Positions 52,679 through 62,846 of a stretch of 64,000 nt of DNA are shown here, piece by piece. The DNA comes from Terriglobia bacterium. GTDB lineage: Bacteria > Acidobacteriota > Terriglobia > Bryobacterales > Bryobacteraceae. The position numbers and the translations under genes are program-made. The DNA is taken from assembly GCA_021324615.1 (NCBI GenBank), contig JAJPIT010000017.1, positions 19,021 to 83,020 on the forward strand, in the 5' to 3' direction. Each line of letters starts with the position of its first letter. Position 1 is the first letter of the stretch. The notes beneath the pieces were generated by a model. That model was given only the letters and a program-made list of their open reading frames with translations. It had not been told where the DNA came from and did not search any database.

Positions 52679-53206
52679 CTAGGGCGTTTCGATCCACTTC
52701 GCCGTGCCGGAGTTGAGCGCTTCGGTGAACTGCACTCCCTTGATCGTGATGGTGTGGCGGGCGCTGTCGCTGCGCGTCAAATAACCGCACTCCTTCAAGT
52801 ACCACAGGCTGAACTCCAGCTCCCTCCGCGGGACGTTCAGCAGCAGTTCCAGATCGCGAAGGCCCAGGCTCGGCTGATCGGGGCTGGCGAAGCGGCGGCG
52901 GTAGAGCAGGCGCAAAATCTCTTCGCGGCGCTGCATCTCATTGGCGAGCGGCGGCGAAGGCGGAGGCTCCGCCACGCCGACCGCTTCGCGTTTCCGCTGC
53001 TGCCGGTACTGGCGGTCGTAGGCTTCGCGCCGCTTTGCATCGCTCAAGACTTCATAGGCGAGCGACACCTTTTTGAAAATCTCGGCATCGCCCGTTTCGA
53101 GATTATCGGGGTGAAACCGGCGCGCCTGAAGGCGGTATACGCGGCGGATCGTTTCCGCGTCGGCGTTGGGGCTGACTTGCAGAATCTCGTAATGATCGAC
53201 GAACAT
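52679..53206 (-). CDS. J-domain (DnaJ-like) protein with a C-terminal winged-helix-like region
   Basis: The sequence HYEILQVSPNADAETIRRVYRLQARRFHPDN contains the HPD tripeptide. Confidence 0.8.
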   Translation of the reverse strand: MFVDHYEILQVSPNADAETIRRVYRLQARRFHPDNLETGDAEIFKKVSLAYEVLSDAKRREAYDRQYRQQRKREAVGVAEPPPSPPLANEMQRREEILRLLYRRRFASPDQPSLGLRDLELLLNVPRRELEFSLWYLKECGYLTRSDSARHTITIKGVQFTEALNSGTAKWIETP

Positions 53207-53253
53207 CGCGCTTCTGGGATGATCGGCAGATCCAGGCGCAACTTGAGACCGCC

Positions 53254-55737
53254 CTAGGAAAGCACCGGCAGCGAGCGATAGCCATTGGGAACGAACAGGC
53301 TTCCCTGCGTGGCGCCCTGCGGCGCGGCCTGGGCCAGCTCCGCCGCGATTTTCCGCAAATCGGCTTCGCCGCCGAGCGCCTGCTCGAAACTCCGCGCGAC
53401 GCGCCGCGCTTGTTCGCCCGATTCATGCGCGAATTCGATGCGAAAATCGCGGATTCCCGCGCTCAGCCAGACGCGAAGATACGCCGTAGCCTCCTGGGCC
53501 TCGGCTCCGAACACGGTATTGCGGCAGCCCACGTCGGCCATCACCGGATGAGCGCGGCCGGTTTGATCTTTCAGCTCCACGCGATGTTTTTCGCAGGGCC
53601 GCCCGCAGTCGCGGTAGCTCGTGCCGGTCGAAAGGAACCGGCAAAACACGCAATGTTCGGTGTGGAACACCGGCAGATGCTGATACACGATCGCCTCAAT
53701 CCGATCCGGACCGGCGCAGCGCGCGAGCTCGGTAATCTGCGCGGCGTTCAAATCGTGCCCCGGCGTAAGCCGCGTCAGGCCGAGATTCAGATACGTCTCC
53801 GCCGCCAGCGAATTTGCCGCGTTCAGGCTGAAATCGCCGATCAATTCCCTGCCGGCAAGCGCCTGGATCATCGCGGGCGAACGAACCAAAATGGCGCATT
53901 CCAGGCTCCGCAGGAAATTCAGGATGCGCCGCTCTGCCGGTTTCAGCAGGCGCGGGCTGGCGACGCGCGCGGCCAGTCCGGCGGATTTCACGCGCTCCAC
54001 CGATGGCCGCAGCCCGTAAAGATCCAGATAATCCAGCGTCACGCTCGCCGGGCGAAGCTCGATCGCCGCGTCGAGCTGTTCCGGCGTGCGGACCAGCAGA
54101 TGAATCCGCGGCTCCCCGGGCGGCGGCGCGGGACGTTCGCCAATTCGCGGAATTTCAAAAGCTCGGACGCCGGCCGGCGCGACCTCGGTTTGTAATTTTT
54201 CCAAAGCCTCCACCGCTTCGCGCCGCATCTGATTCAAAGCCGATACGGAAACAAAAAGGTTTTCGTTTGTTTTATATTCGATCGCCGACAACTGATACGG
54301 CGTATTGCCCAACCGCCCGAACTGCTCGCGCAGCATCTCGGCCGTTAACGCGCGATTCCGCGCCCTCCCCAGCGGCGCCGGGGATTTCACGGCGACGCGG
54401 ATCTCCGGCCGTTTTTCGAGCGACCATTCCGCCTCCAGCGGGCCGCCTTCCTGCCCGGTAACCACCACGCGAACCGGCTGCCGCGCCACCGGCGCCGGGG
54501 GATCGAGGAACCGCTTCGCCGCGCGTTCCGTATCCGGATCATGCGTCCGCCACACGCGATCGCCCGCGCGAATGCGATCGAAGCGGATCGCGTCCTTGGC
54601 AAAGCGCAGCGCGACGCGCTTGCCGCTCTCCGCCGCTTCATAAACGCGGCCCCCCTCTTCCGGCTCCTCCGGACTCCGCCAGTCCGCCGCGTCGAACACG
54701 ATCCCGTCGCCGGCCTTGAGCGGCGCCATGCGCTGCGCCTCGCCCGTTTCCACCCAAACCGCGCCCGCCTCGATTTTCGCAACCCGGCCCATCAGCACGC
54801 CGCGATGCCGCGGAGCCCGGCCCTCCACCACGGCCTGATGATTGGTCCCGGTCATAAAGAACGGCCCCAAGCCGCGCGAATAAATCTGTTCGAGTTGCAG
54901 CTTCTGCTCCGGCGCGGCGCCGGCGAACTCTCCGTTCCATGCTTGATCCACCGCGCTGCGATAAGCCTGCGTGGCCAGCGCGACGTATTCGGCGTCCTTG
55001 TACCGGCCTTCGATTTTGAGCGCCGCCACGCCGGCTTCGATAATCCGCGGGATCTGCTCCAGCGCGTAGAGATCGCCGGGCGAAAGCAAATAGCGCGCAT
55101 CTCCCAGCGGCTCCTTGCGGCCGTCGACGATCATTTCGTAAGGAAGCCTGCACGCCTGCGCGCACTGCCCGCGATTGGCGCTGCGCCCGCCCCAGGCTTC
55201 CGAGGAAAAACATTGCCCGGAATAGGCGACGCACAGCGCGCCGTGAACGAAAATCTCCAGATCGCAGCCGGTTTCCTCCGCGATCGAGCGCACTTCCTCA
55301 AGCGACAGCTCGCGCGCCAGCGTCACCCGCCGCAATCCGAAGCTTTGCGCCAAACGCACGCCGTCCGCGTTGGTAATGCTCATCTGAGTGCTGGCGTGCA
55401 GCTCCATCTGGGGAGCGATGTGGCGGGCCATCCGCACCGCCGCGTAATCCTGCACGATCATCGCGTCGGCTCCGGCCTCGGCGATCGCGGCGATGGTCCG
55501 GGCCGCCTGTTCCAGCTCGTGCTCGAAGATCAGGGTGTTGAAGGTGACGTAGCCGCGAACCCCGCGCCGGTGCAAAGCGCGCATCACGTCCGGCAGCTCG
55601 CTTAAAGGAAAACCGACCTTGGCGCGCGCCGAAAAGTGCTTCAGCCCGAAATAAACCGCATCCGCGCCGGCCTCGATCGCGGCGTTCAACTGCGGCCAGT
55701 ATCCGGCCGGGCTCATGATTTCAGGCTTGCGTCGCAC
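53254..55737 (-). CDS. U32-family peptidase-like protein (long form, 827 aa)
   Basis: The N-terminus PEIMSPAGYWPQLNAAIEAGADAVYFG and the GALCVAYSGQCFSSE Cys-rich motif are typical of U32/RlhA-like proteins. Confidence 0.78.
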   Translation of the reverse strand: MRRKPEIMSPAGYWPQLNAAIEAGADAVYFGLKHFSARAKVGFPLSELPDVMRALHRRGVRGYVTFNTLIFEHELEQAARTIAAIAEAGADAMIVQDYAAVRMARHIAPQMELHASTQMSITNADGVRLAQSFGLRRVTLARELSLEEVRSIAEETGCDLEIFVHGALCVAYSGQCFSSEAWGGRSANRGQCAQACRLPYEMIVDGRKEPLGDARYLLSPGDLYALEQIPRIIEAGVAALKIEGRYKDAEYVALATQAYRSAVDQAWNGEFAGAAPEQKLQLEQIYSRGLGPFFMTGTNHQAVVEGRAPRHRGVLMGRVAKIEAGAVWVETGEAQRMAPLKAGDGIVFDAADWRSPEEPEEGGRVYEAAESGKRVALRFAKDAIRFDRIRAGDRVWRTHDPDTERAAKRFLDPPAPVARQPVRVVVTGQEGGPLEAEWSLEKRPEIRVAVKSPAPLGRARNRALTAEMLREQFGRLGNTPYQLSAIEYKTNENLFVSVSALNQMRREAVEALEKLQTEVAPAGVRAFEIPRIGERPAPPPGEPRIHLLVRTPEQLDAAIELRPASVTLDYLDLYGLRPSVERVKSAGLAARVASPRLLKPAERRILNFLRSLECAILVRSPAMIQALAGRELIGDFSLNAANSLAAETYLNLGLTRLTPGHDLNAAQITELARCAGPDRIEAIVYQHLPVFHTEHCVFCRFLSTGTSYRDCGRPCEKHRVELKDQTGRAHPVMADVGCRNTVFGAEAQEATAYLRVWLSAGIRDFRIEFAHESGEQARRVARSFEQALGGEADLRKIAAELAQAAPQGATQGSLFVPNGYRSLPVLS

Positions 55738-55745
55738 GCTTGCTT

Positions 55746-56225
55746 TCAGCGTAACTTCTCGCGCGCGATCGCGCCGGGCCTGGCGCGGACCGCGCGAATA
55801 TAATCCGCCGGAGAGAGGAGAATCTGCGTGCCCCGCACGCCGGCGGAAACGGAGATGACGTCGAACCGTTCGGCCGTCTCGTCGATGTAAACCGGAAATT
55901 CGCGGCGGGCCGCGAGCGCCGTCACCCCTCCGCGGATGTATCCGGTCAGCGGCTGCACGTCCTTGAGCGGGACCATCTCCACCCGCCGGTCGCCTGTCAG
56001 CTTCGCCAGCGCCTTCTCATCGACCTCGGCGTTGCCCGGAACCACGGCGAAGCACACCCCGTTGCGATCCCCGCGCAGCACCAGCGTCTTGAATACTTGC
56101 GCCGCCGGCAACCCGATCTTCGCCGCCACCGATTCCGCCGCCAGATCGTCCGGATCCACGGCGTACGCGCGCAACTGGTAAGCGATGCCCAGCGCATCCA
56201 GCGCGCGGGCCGCGTTGGTCTTCAT
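55746..56225 (-). CDS. ybaK: Cys-tRNA(Pro)/Cys-tRNA(Cys) deacylase YbaK
   Basis: From the internal Met: MKTNAARALDALGIAYQLRAYAVD..., FKTLVL, GYIRGGVTAL and ISVSAGVRG. An ATGA overlap links it to the upstream small ORF. Confidence 0.8.
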   Translation of the reverse strand: MKTNAARALDALGIAYQLRAYAVDPDDLAAESVAAKIGLPAAQVFKTLVLRGDRNGVCFAVVPGNAEVDEKALAKLTGDRRVEMVPLKDVQPLTGYIRGGVTALAARREFPVYIDETAERFDVISVSAGVRGTQILLSPADYIRAVRARPGAIAREKLR

Positions 56226-56473
56226 TGCGGAGCTTTTTTCTTGAGCGCCGCGTCGTTTTCCTGAATAAAAGCGCGAATTTCGTCCGCCATTCCCAGCAGT
56301 TTCTCCCATTGCTCGCGATACAGCGTCACGGGAAACCGGCCCAGGCCGTATACCGACAGCGCACCCTTTTCACTGACCTTCAACGCCATCTGCCCGCGCG
56401 ACGGTCTCTTTAATTTCTCGTTTTCCGCCCGCAGGCGCTCGATTTCCGCTTGCAATTCCGCTTCAGAAGGCAT
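56222..56473 (-). CDS. hypothetical 83-aa protein (N-terminal coiled coil plus a conserved-looking beta-rich core)
   Basis: MPSEAELQAEIERLRAENEKLKRP is followed by MALKVSEKGALSVYGLGRFPVTLYREQWEKLL. It overlaps dinB (11 nt) and ybaK (4 nt), which supports translation. Confidence 0.5.
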   Translation of the reverse strand: MPSEAELQAEIERLRAENEKLKRPSRGQMALKVSEKGALSVYGLGRFPVTLYREQWEKLLGMADEIRAFIQENDAALKKKAPQ

Positions 56474-57734
56474 ACGGTTTCAGGAATAGCATAAATCGCG
56501 GCGGCCTATCTCTTCGGCGGGCCTTTCCCGGCAAATTCTCCGGATTCTCGTGCACCCTGGCGCGGAAGCCCGCCTTCAGCCCCGCCGCCAGCGAAACCGT
56601 GGAATCCCCGTATCTATCGCGTAGCCGATCCACTGCTTTCAGGGTTTTCCGCCAGCGCTCCGTTTTTTCTTCCTCAAGAAGGCTGGTCTGGCCTTCGTCC
56701 GGTTCGAGCTGCTGCGCATAAACTCCCAGCAGCCGGATCGCCTTGCCCGACCACGCCTTGTGAAACAGTTCCCGCGCCGCTTCGGCGAGTTCCGTATCGA
56801 TCTGCGTGGCGTGCGGCAGCGTGCGCGACCGCGTGAACGTCGCAAAATCCGAATAGCGAAGCTTGATCTGCACTGTTCGCGCATACAGCCGGTGATCCCG
56901 CAGCCGCCGCGCCACCATCTCCGACAGCCGCACCAGCATGGCATCCAGAGCCGCCCGGTCCGCCGTATCTACTGCAAACGTGTTCTCATGGCTGATCGAC
57001 TTCACACCGCTTTCGCCGATTTCGTGATCGAACCAGCCGCCGGCGTCCTCGCCGCGCGATTTTCCGGCGAGCGCCAGGCCCCACTTGCCGAATCGTTCTT
57101 CCAAAAATTCGTCCTCGAGGCCCGCCAGATCCCCGATCTTGCGAATCCCCCAGGCGTGCAGGTTCTTTTCGGTCACCTTGCCGACGCCCGGAATTTTTCG
57201 CACGTCGAGCGGCGCGAGAAAATCCGCCTCTTTTCCCGGAACGATCCATAAGATTCCATTCGGCTTGGCCTGATCCGAAGCGATTTTGGCCACCAGCCGG
57301 GACGCCGCCACACCGACCGAACAATTCAAACCGGTCTCGCGCTTCACCGCCTCGTGCAGCTTGGAGGCCGCCTCCAGCGGCGGGCCGTGCAGCCGCCCGG
57401 TTCCCGTCAAATCCAGATACGCCTCATCGATCGAGGCCATTTCGACGCGCGGCGAGAATTTTCCGAGCACCTCGAACACGCGCCGCGAATATTCGAGATA
57501 ACGGTCGCGATGGCCTTCGATGAAGATCGCCTGCGGGCAAAGTTTATAAGCGGTTCGCAGCGGCATCGCCGAATGAACGCCGAATTTGCGCGCCGCGTAA
57601 GACGCCGCCGAGACGACGCCGCGGTCGTTCGCGCGGCCGCCCACCACCACCGGCCGGCCCTTGAGCGAAGGATCGAACAGTTCTTCCACCGACACGAAGA
57701 AGGCGTCCATATCGACGTGAAAAAACGTCCGCAC
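56463..57734 (-). CDS. dinB: DNA polymerase IV (DinB, Y-family)
   Basis: FFHVDMDAFFVSVEE, SIDEAYLD and the C-terminal little-finger region are present. The start is taken at GTG 57734 (VRTFFHVDMD). The longest ORF (to 57866) runs antisense into bcp. Confidence 0.88.
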   Translation of the reverse strand: MRTFFHVDMDAFFVSVEELFDPSLKGRPVVVGGRANDRGVVSAASYAARKFGVHSAMPLRTAYKLCPQAIFIEGHRDRYLEYSRRVFEVLGKFSPRVEMASIDEAYLDLTGTGRLHGPPLEAASKLHEAVKRETGLNCSVGVAASRLVAKIASDQAKPNGILWIVPGKEADFLAPLDVRKIPGVGKVTEKNLHAWGIRKIGDLAGLEDEFLEERFGKWGLALAGKSRGEDAGGWFDHEIGESGVKSISHENTFAVDTADRAALDAMLVRLSEMVARRLRDHRLYARTVQIKLRYSDFATFTRSRTLPHATQIDTELAEAARELFHKAWSGKAIRLLGVYAQQLEPDEGQTSLLEEEKTERWRKTLKAVDRLRDRYGDSTVSLAAGLKAGFRARVHENPENLPGKARRRDRPPRFMLFLKPYAF

Positions 57735-57747
57735 TACACTAAATAGT

Positions 57748-58290
57748 ATGAAAATCGCGATCCTGATCGCCGTGCTTCTGCTGGCCGGAGCGGCCGCGCT
57801 GGCCGCCTGGAGCCGCGCCGGCAGGGGAACGCCTCCGCGGGTCGGCGAAATGGCGCCGGATTTCACCGCGCCCTCGCAAGACGGCTCTCCGGTGTCGCTC
57901 CACGACTTCCGCGGGCGCTGGGTGGTCCTGTATTTTTACCCCAAGGACGGCACCGCCGGCTGCACCATTGAGGCGCACAACTTCCAGCGCGATCTCGCCA
58001 GATACGAGGCGGCCAACGCCGTGATCCTCGGCGTGAGCGTCGATTCCACCCGCAGCCATCAGCAGTTCTGCGCCGAGCAGAGCTTGACCTTCAAGCTGAT
58101 CGCCGATACGGAAAAGACCATTTCGCGGCAATACGGATCGCTAATGAACCTGGTCGTCACCAAAATCGCGGCGCGCAACACATTCTTAATCGATCCGCAA
58201 GGCAAAATCGCAAAGGAATGGATCGGCGTCCACCCCGGCGGCCACAGCGCGGAGGTTCTGGCGGCGCTGGCCTCGCTGTCACGGACCTGA
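57748..58290 (+). CDS. bcp: peroxiredoxin (Bcp/AhpC-TSA family) with a signal peptide
   Basis: Signal peptide MKIAILIAVLLLAGAAALAAWS. The motif VVLYFYPKDGTAGCTIEAHNF contains the peroxidatic Cys. Confidence 0.82.
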   Translation: MKIAILIAVLLLAGAAALAAWSRAGRGTPPRVGEMAPDFTAPSQDGSPVSLHDFRGRWVVLYFYPKDGTAGCTIEAHNFQRDLARYEAANAVILGVSVDSTRSHQQFCAEQSLTFKLIADTEKTISRQYGSLMNLVVTKIAARNTFLIDPQGKIAKEWIGVHPGGHSAEVLAALASLSRT

Positions 58291-58468
58291 GAACCCCGCC
58301 ACCGCGTATCCTGCAAGGAGGCATGCGGGCCTGGGAGGTGTTGCGGCGGATCGCGGCTTCGGAACCGGTGGCCGCGGTCCCCGCGTTGATGCGCGGAGAA
58401 CGCTCGGGCCGGGTGCAGCGTTAATCCTGCACCGGCGGGCTCGCCAACCCGCGGCGGGCCCGGCCCCG

Positions 58469-60880
58469 CTAATTCGCCTTGCCCAGCCAGCGAATCCGCA
58501 CTACGAAGTGCCGCCCTTCGCTCCCCAGAAATACGGGAGGCATGCCCGGGATGGTCTGCACCACCGTCGGATTGACGTGATTGGTCAGATTATTCAAGCC
58601 GCCGCGCAGCGCCCAGCGGCGGCCGAAGGCGGTGAATTTCCACTCCGGATGAAGATTCAAGGTGAGATACCTGGGATAGCGTGCGGAGTTTACCGGCCCC
58701 ACGATGGCGCCGTCGCCGTTCACCACCGAATACGGGAAGCCGCTGCGCGCCTCCATCGAAAACGCCACCGCCCAGTTCCGCCACTTCGTCGGAAGGTAGG
58801 CCCAGGCGACCAAGCGGTTCGGCGTATCCCAACTCAGCCGGCCGGCGTTATCGGCGACCATCAATGGCTGATCGACATTCAAGTCGAGCACCTCGTTGGA
58901 CCACCCGCGCGAACGGGTGTAGCTCACCATCCACTGATAGCCTGCCCCGAAGTGCTGCCGGACCGCGACTTCGCCGGCGTCGTAGGCGGTGCGCTGCGCG
59001 TTGGCCAGATCGAACAGACCCGCTGTCGCGCCCGGCACATAGACCAATCCGTCCCTGCCGCGCTTGTGGGTCCCGTTCAGATTCACTTCGATTTTTCCCG
59101 GCAGATGCTGCTCGACGCCGGCCGTCCAGCTCTGAAATTCGGGGAAGTTCAGCCGGTGATTGGGAAGTTCGAAACGGTCGATCACCGCCGGCATCGCCGG
59201 ATTGAAGAAGTAATTGATCGAATATTGATCCTCCGGACGGACGAACAGGGCCAGCGACGTGGCGTCGCGCAGGATGGCGTAGCCGGCGGTGAACTTGGTA
59301 TTCCTTGAGGCGAACGGCGCCCAGGCCGCGGATACGCGCGGCGAAAAGGCCGCCCGGTGCAGCAGCTCGTCCCAATCCTGCCGCACGCCGTACTCCACCA
59401 TCACGTTTTCACGCGCTTTCCAGTCGTCCATCACGTACCAGGAGGCTTCCGCGCTCGGCCGAGACGCCGTTCCGTTTCCTTCGAAAATGGTCTGCCGCAC
59501 CAGCGCTCCGGTCTGATCATAAATATTGATTCCGGTGCGCATGAACTGCTGCCAGTAGTTCAGCCGGTCCAGGTCCACTCCGGTTTTCCATTGGTGATGC
59601 CCGGCGCGCTCAAGCGAGGGCAGAAATAAATTCGCCAGAAACTGAGTGCGGCTGGCCTTCTGCGTCGAATCCGCGTAGTAGTTGCCGCTCTTTCCGAAGG
59701 GGGAGATGTCATAAAACGCGTCGCCCTGCGGGATCACCCGGAGAAAATTGCGGTCCTCGGCGAGGCCGAATTCCAGCAGCATCCCGCGCTTTAGGTAAAT
59801 CTGGTCCTTGGCGCTGAAGAACCAGGTGCGCGCGCGCTGATCGGTGGTGGTGGAAACCGGATCGAGCACATCCAGGCCGGTTTCCGGCGCAAAACGGTAG
59901 TTCACTAAAAAATCCGCGAACAAGATCTGGGACGGCGTCAGGTCCACCTGCGCGCGGGCCAGATTGCTCGCCTGAAAAAACTGGGTGTGATTTTGACCGT
60001 TCGGCAGGCCGGGAACAAACGGCTGGCTGTAGTCGAAATCGGCGTGCTCGGAAAACCAGGCGTGATTCTTCCGGATCGGGCCGGTGAGATTGAAGCGCGG
60101 CGCGTACGTCCCCAGGCGGAAACCGCCCTGCGTATTGAAGCCGGGCACGAAGTTGGTGGCCGAATAGCGCCACGGATCGTCGCCCATATCGGTGCGGACA
60201 TCCAGCGCGCCGCCGGAGCCTTTGCCGAATTCGGGAGAGTAACGCCCGCTGATCCAATCCAGCGTTCTCACCGCCTCCACGCTCACGATGGCGTCCAGCT
60301 TGCCCGTGAGCGGATCGCCGAAGTTGAATCCGTCCAGAAGATAAAGCGTCTGATTTTCCGCGCCGCCGTCGAAATGGAGCTGGCCGGCCGAATCCTGGAG
60401 CACGCCGGGGATCAGCGGCAGAGCCGCGCGCAGATCGCGCGTGGGCGTGTACGGAATGTCGATGATCTGCGCCGCCGTGAGCTGCTTTTCGGCCGCGGTC
60501 TTGTCCAGGTCGATCCCGCCCGAGGACGCCGGAACATCCACCGACTGAAACACTTCCCGCAGATGATTCAGCGTGAGGCGGACTTCCCGCGTATCCTCGG
60601 AGATTTCCACCGGAAAATCCTTCAACGGGAAGTAGCCATCGTGCTCGACGCGCGCCCGGTACGAGCCTGGGGGCAACTCGAGCGTGAAGGCGCCGGTGGG
60701 GTCCGAAGTGGTGCTGCGCGTTTCGCCGCCGGCGGATTCAAACGTAATCCGGGCCGCGGCCACCCCGGCGTGATCCTCGTCCACGACGCGTCCGGAGACG
60801 GTGACGTCCGCCCCGGCCCGCCAACTCAACATCAAGACCCCGGTCACGAGGCTGAGCCATCGGGACACTCGGAAACACAC
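58469..60880 (-). CDS. TonB-dependent receptor with an N-terminal carboxypeptidase-regulatory-like domain
   Basis: VTVSGRVVDEDHAGVAAARITFES...GSYRARVEHDGY matches a CarboxypepD_reg domain. A plug-like region (PGVLQDSAGQLHFDGG) and a long beta-barrel follow. Confidence 0.8.
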   Translation of the reverse strand: MCFRVSRWLSLVTGVLMLSWRAGADVTVSGRVVDEDHAGVAAARITFESAGGETRSTTSDPTGAFTLELPPGSYRARVEHDGYFPLKDFPVEISEDTREVRLTLNHLREVFQSVDVPASSGGIDLDKTAAEKQLTAAQIIDIPYTPTRDLRAALPLIPGVLQDSAGQLHFDGGAENQTLYLLDGFNFGDPLTGKLDAIVSVEAVRTLDWISGRYSPEFGKGSGGALDVRTDMGDDPWRYSATNFVPGFNTQGGFRLGTYAPRFNLTGPIRKNHAWFSEHADFDYSQPFVPGLPNGQNHTQFFQASNLARAQVDLTPSQILFADFLVNYRFAPETGLDVLDPVSTTTDQRARTWFFSAKDQIYLKRGMLLEFGLAEDRNFLRVIPQGDAFYDISPFGKSGNYYADSTQKASRTQFLANLFLPSLERAGHHQWKTGVDLDRLNYWQQFMRTGINIYDQTGALVRQTIFEGNGTASRPSAEASWYVMDDWKARENVMVEYGVRQDWDELLHRAAFSPRVSAAWAPFASRNTKFTAGYAILRDATSLALFVRPEDQYSINYFFNPAMPAVIDRFELPNHRLNFPEFQSWTAGVEQHLPGKIEVNLNGTHKRGRDGLVYVPGATAGLFDLANAQRTAYDAGEVAVRQHFGAGYQWMVSYTRSRGWSNEVLDLNVDQPLMVADNAGRLSWDTPNRLVAWAYLPTKWRNWAVAFSMEARSGFPYSVVNGDGAIVGPVNSARYPRYLTLNLHPEWKFTAFGRRWALRGGLNNLTNHVNPTVVQTIPGMPPVFLGSEGRHFVVRIRWLGKAN

Positions 60881-60934
60881 CTGGGTTTCATTATAAGTCC
60901 GGCGGCTGGATCGGGCAGTCTAAGATAAAAAATA

Positions 60935-62473
<1,539 letters not shown>

Positions 62474-62547
62474 CGCCGGTATTTCGGCGAGTGCCGGCAT
62501 TTCGGCGGCCATGAGCGCTTTCGCGCTGCAAATAAAACCACTTAGTT

Positions 62548-62568
62548 CGGTTAGGGACGTGCATTCCC
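62548..62568 (+). promoter_or_regulatory. weak candidate sigma54 (-24/-12) promoter upstream of the STAS/TolC genes
   Basis: cGGttagggacgtGCa has GG-N10-GC at the canonical spacing and TGCA at -12, but the flanks match poorly. It lies about 20 nt upstream of the ATG at 62584. Confidence 0.2.
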
Positions 62569-62583
62569 ACTACCGCGCTTCTT

Positions 62584-62844
62584 ATGATGCTCGCTCGTCT
62601 GGCCCAGATCGATGGACGAACGGTGTTGCAGGTCAGCGGGCGCCTGGCGGCGGAGTGGGTGCGCGAACTGGAGCGCTGTTGGCGGGCCCAGCGGGATAAG
62701 AACATTTTGGTGGATCTTCGAGGCGTTACGTTCATCGATGAATCTGGTGAGAAGCTATTGCGCAGGATGCATCGCGGGGGAGCGGCATTTTTGACCGGAG
62801 GGCTGCTCGTGCGCGAAGTGGTGGAACGGATCACAGGCGGGTGA
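62584..62844 (+). CDS. STAS-domain protein (anti-sigma-antagonist-like)
   Basis: 86 aa. GRTVLQVSGRLAAEWVRELERCW...ILVDLRGVTFIDESGEKLL matches the STAS/SpoIIAA beta-alpha pattern. Confidence 0.6.
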   Translation: MMLARLAQIDGRTVLQVSGRLAAEWVRELERCWRAQRDKNILVDLRGVTFIDESGEKLLRRMHRGGAAFLTGGLLVREVVERITGG

Positions 62845-62846
62845 AA

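Noticed and set aside
58323-58424. A 33-aa ORF (MRAWEVLRRIAASEPVAAVPALMRGERSGRVQR) preceded by a perfect AAGGAGG, in the bcp/TonB-receptor convergent spacer.
   Set aside because: The SD-like sequence is only 1 nt from the ATG, which is too close. The peptide has no distinctive features. A GGTGCAG/CTGCACC hairpin (58412-58433) suggests the region is simply 3' UTR and terminator.
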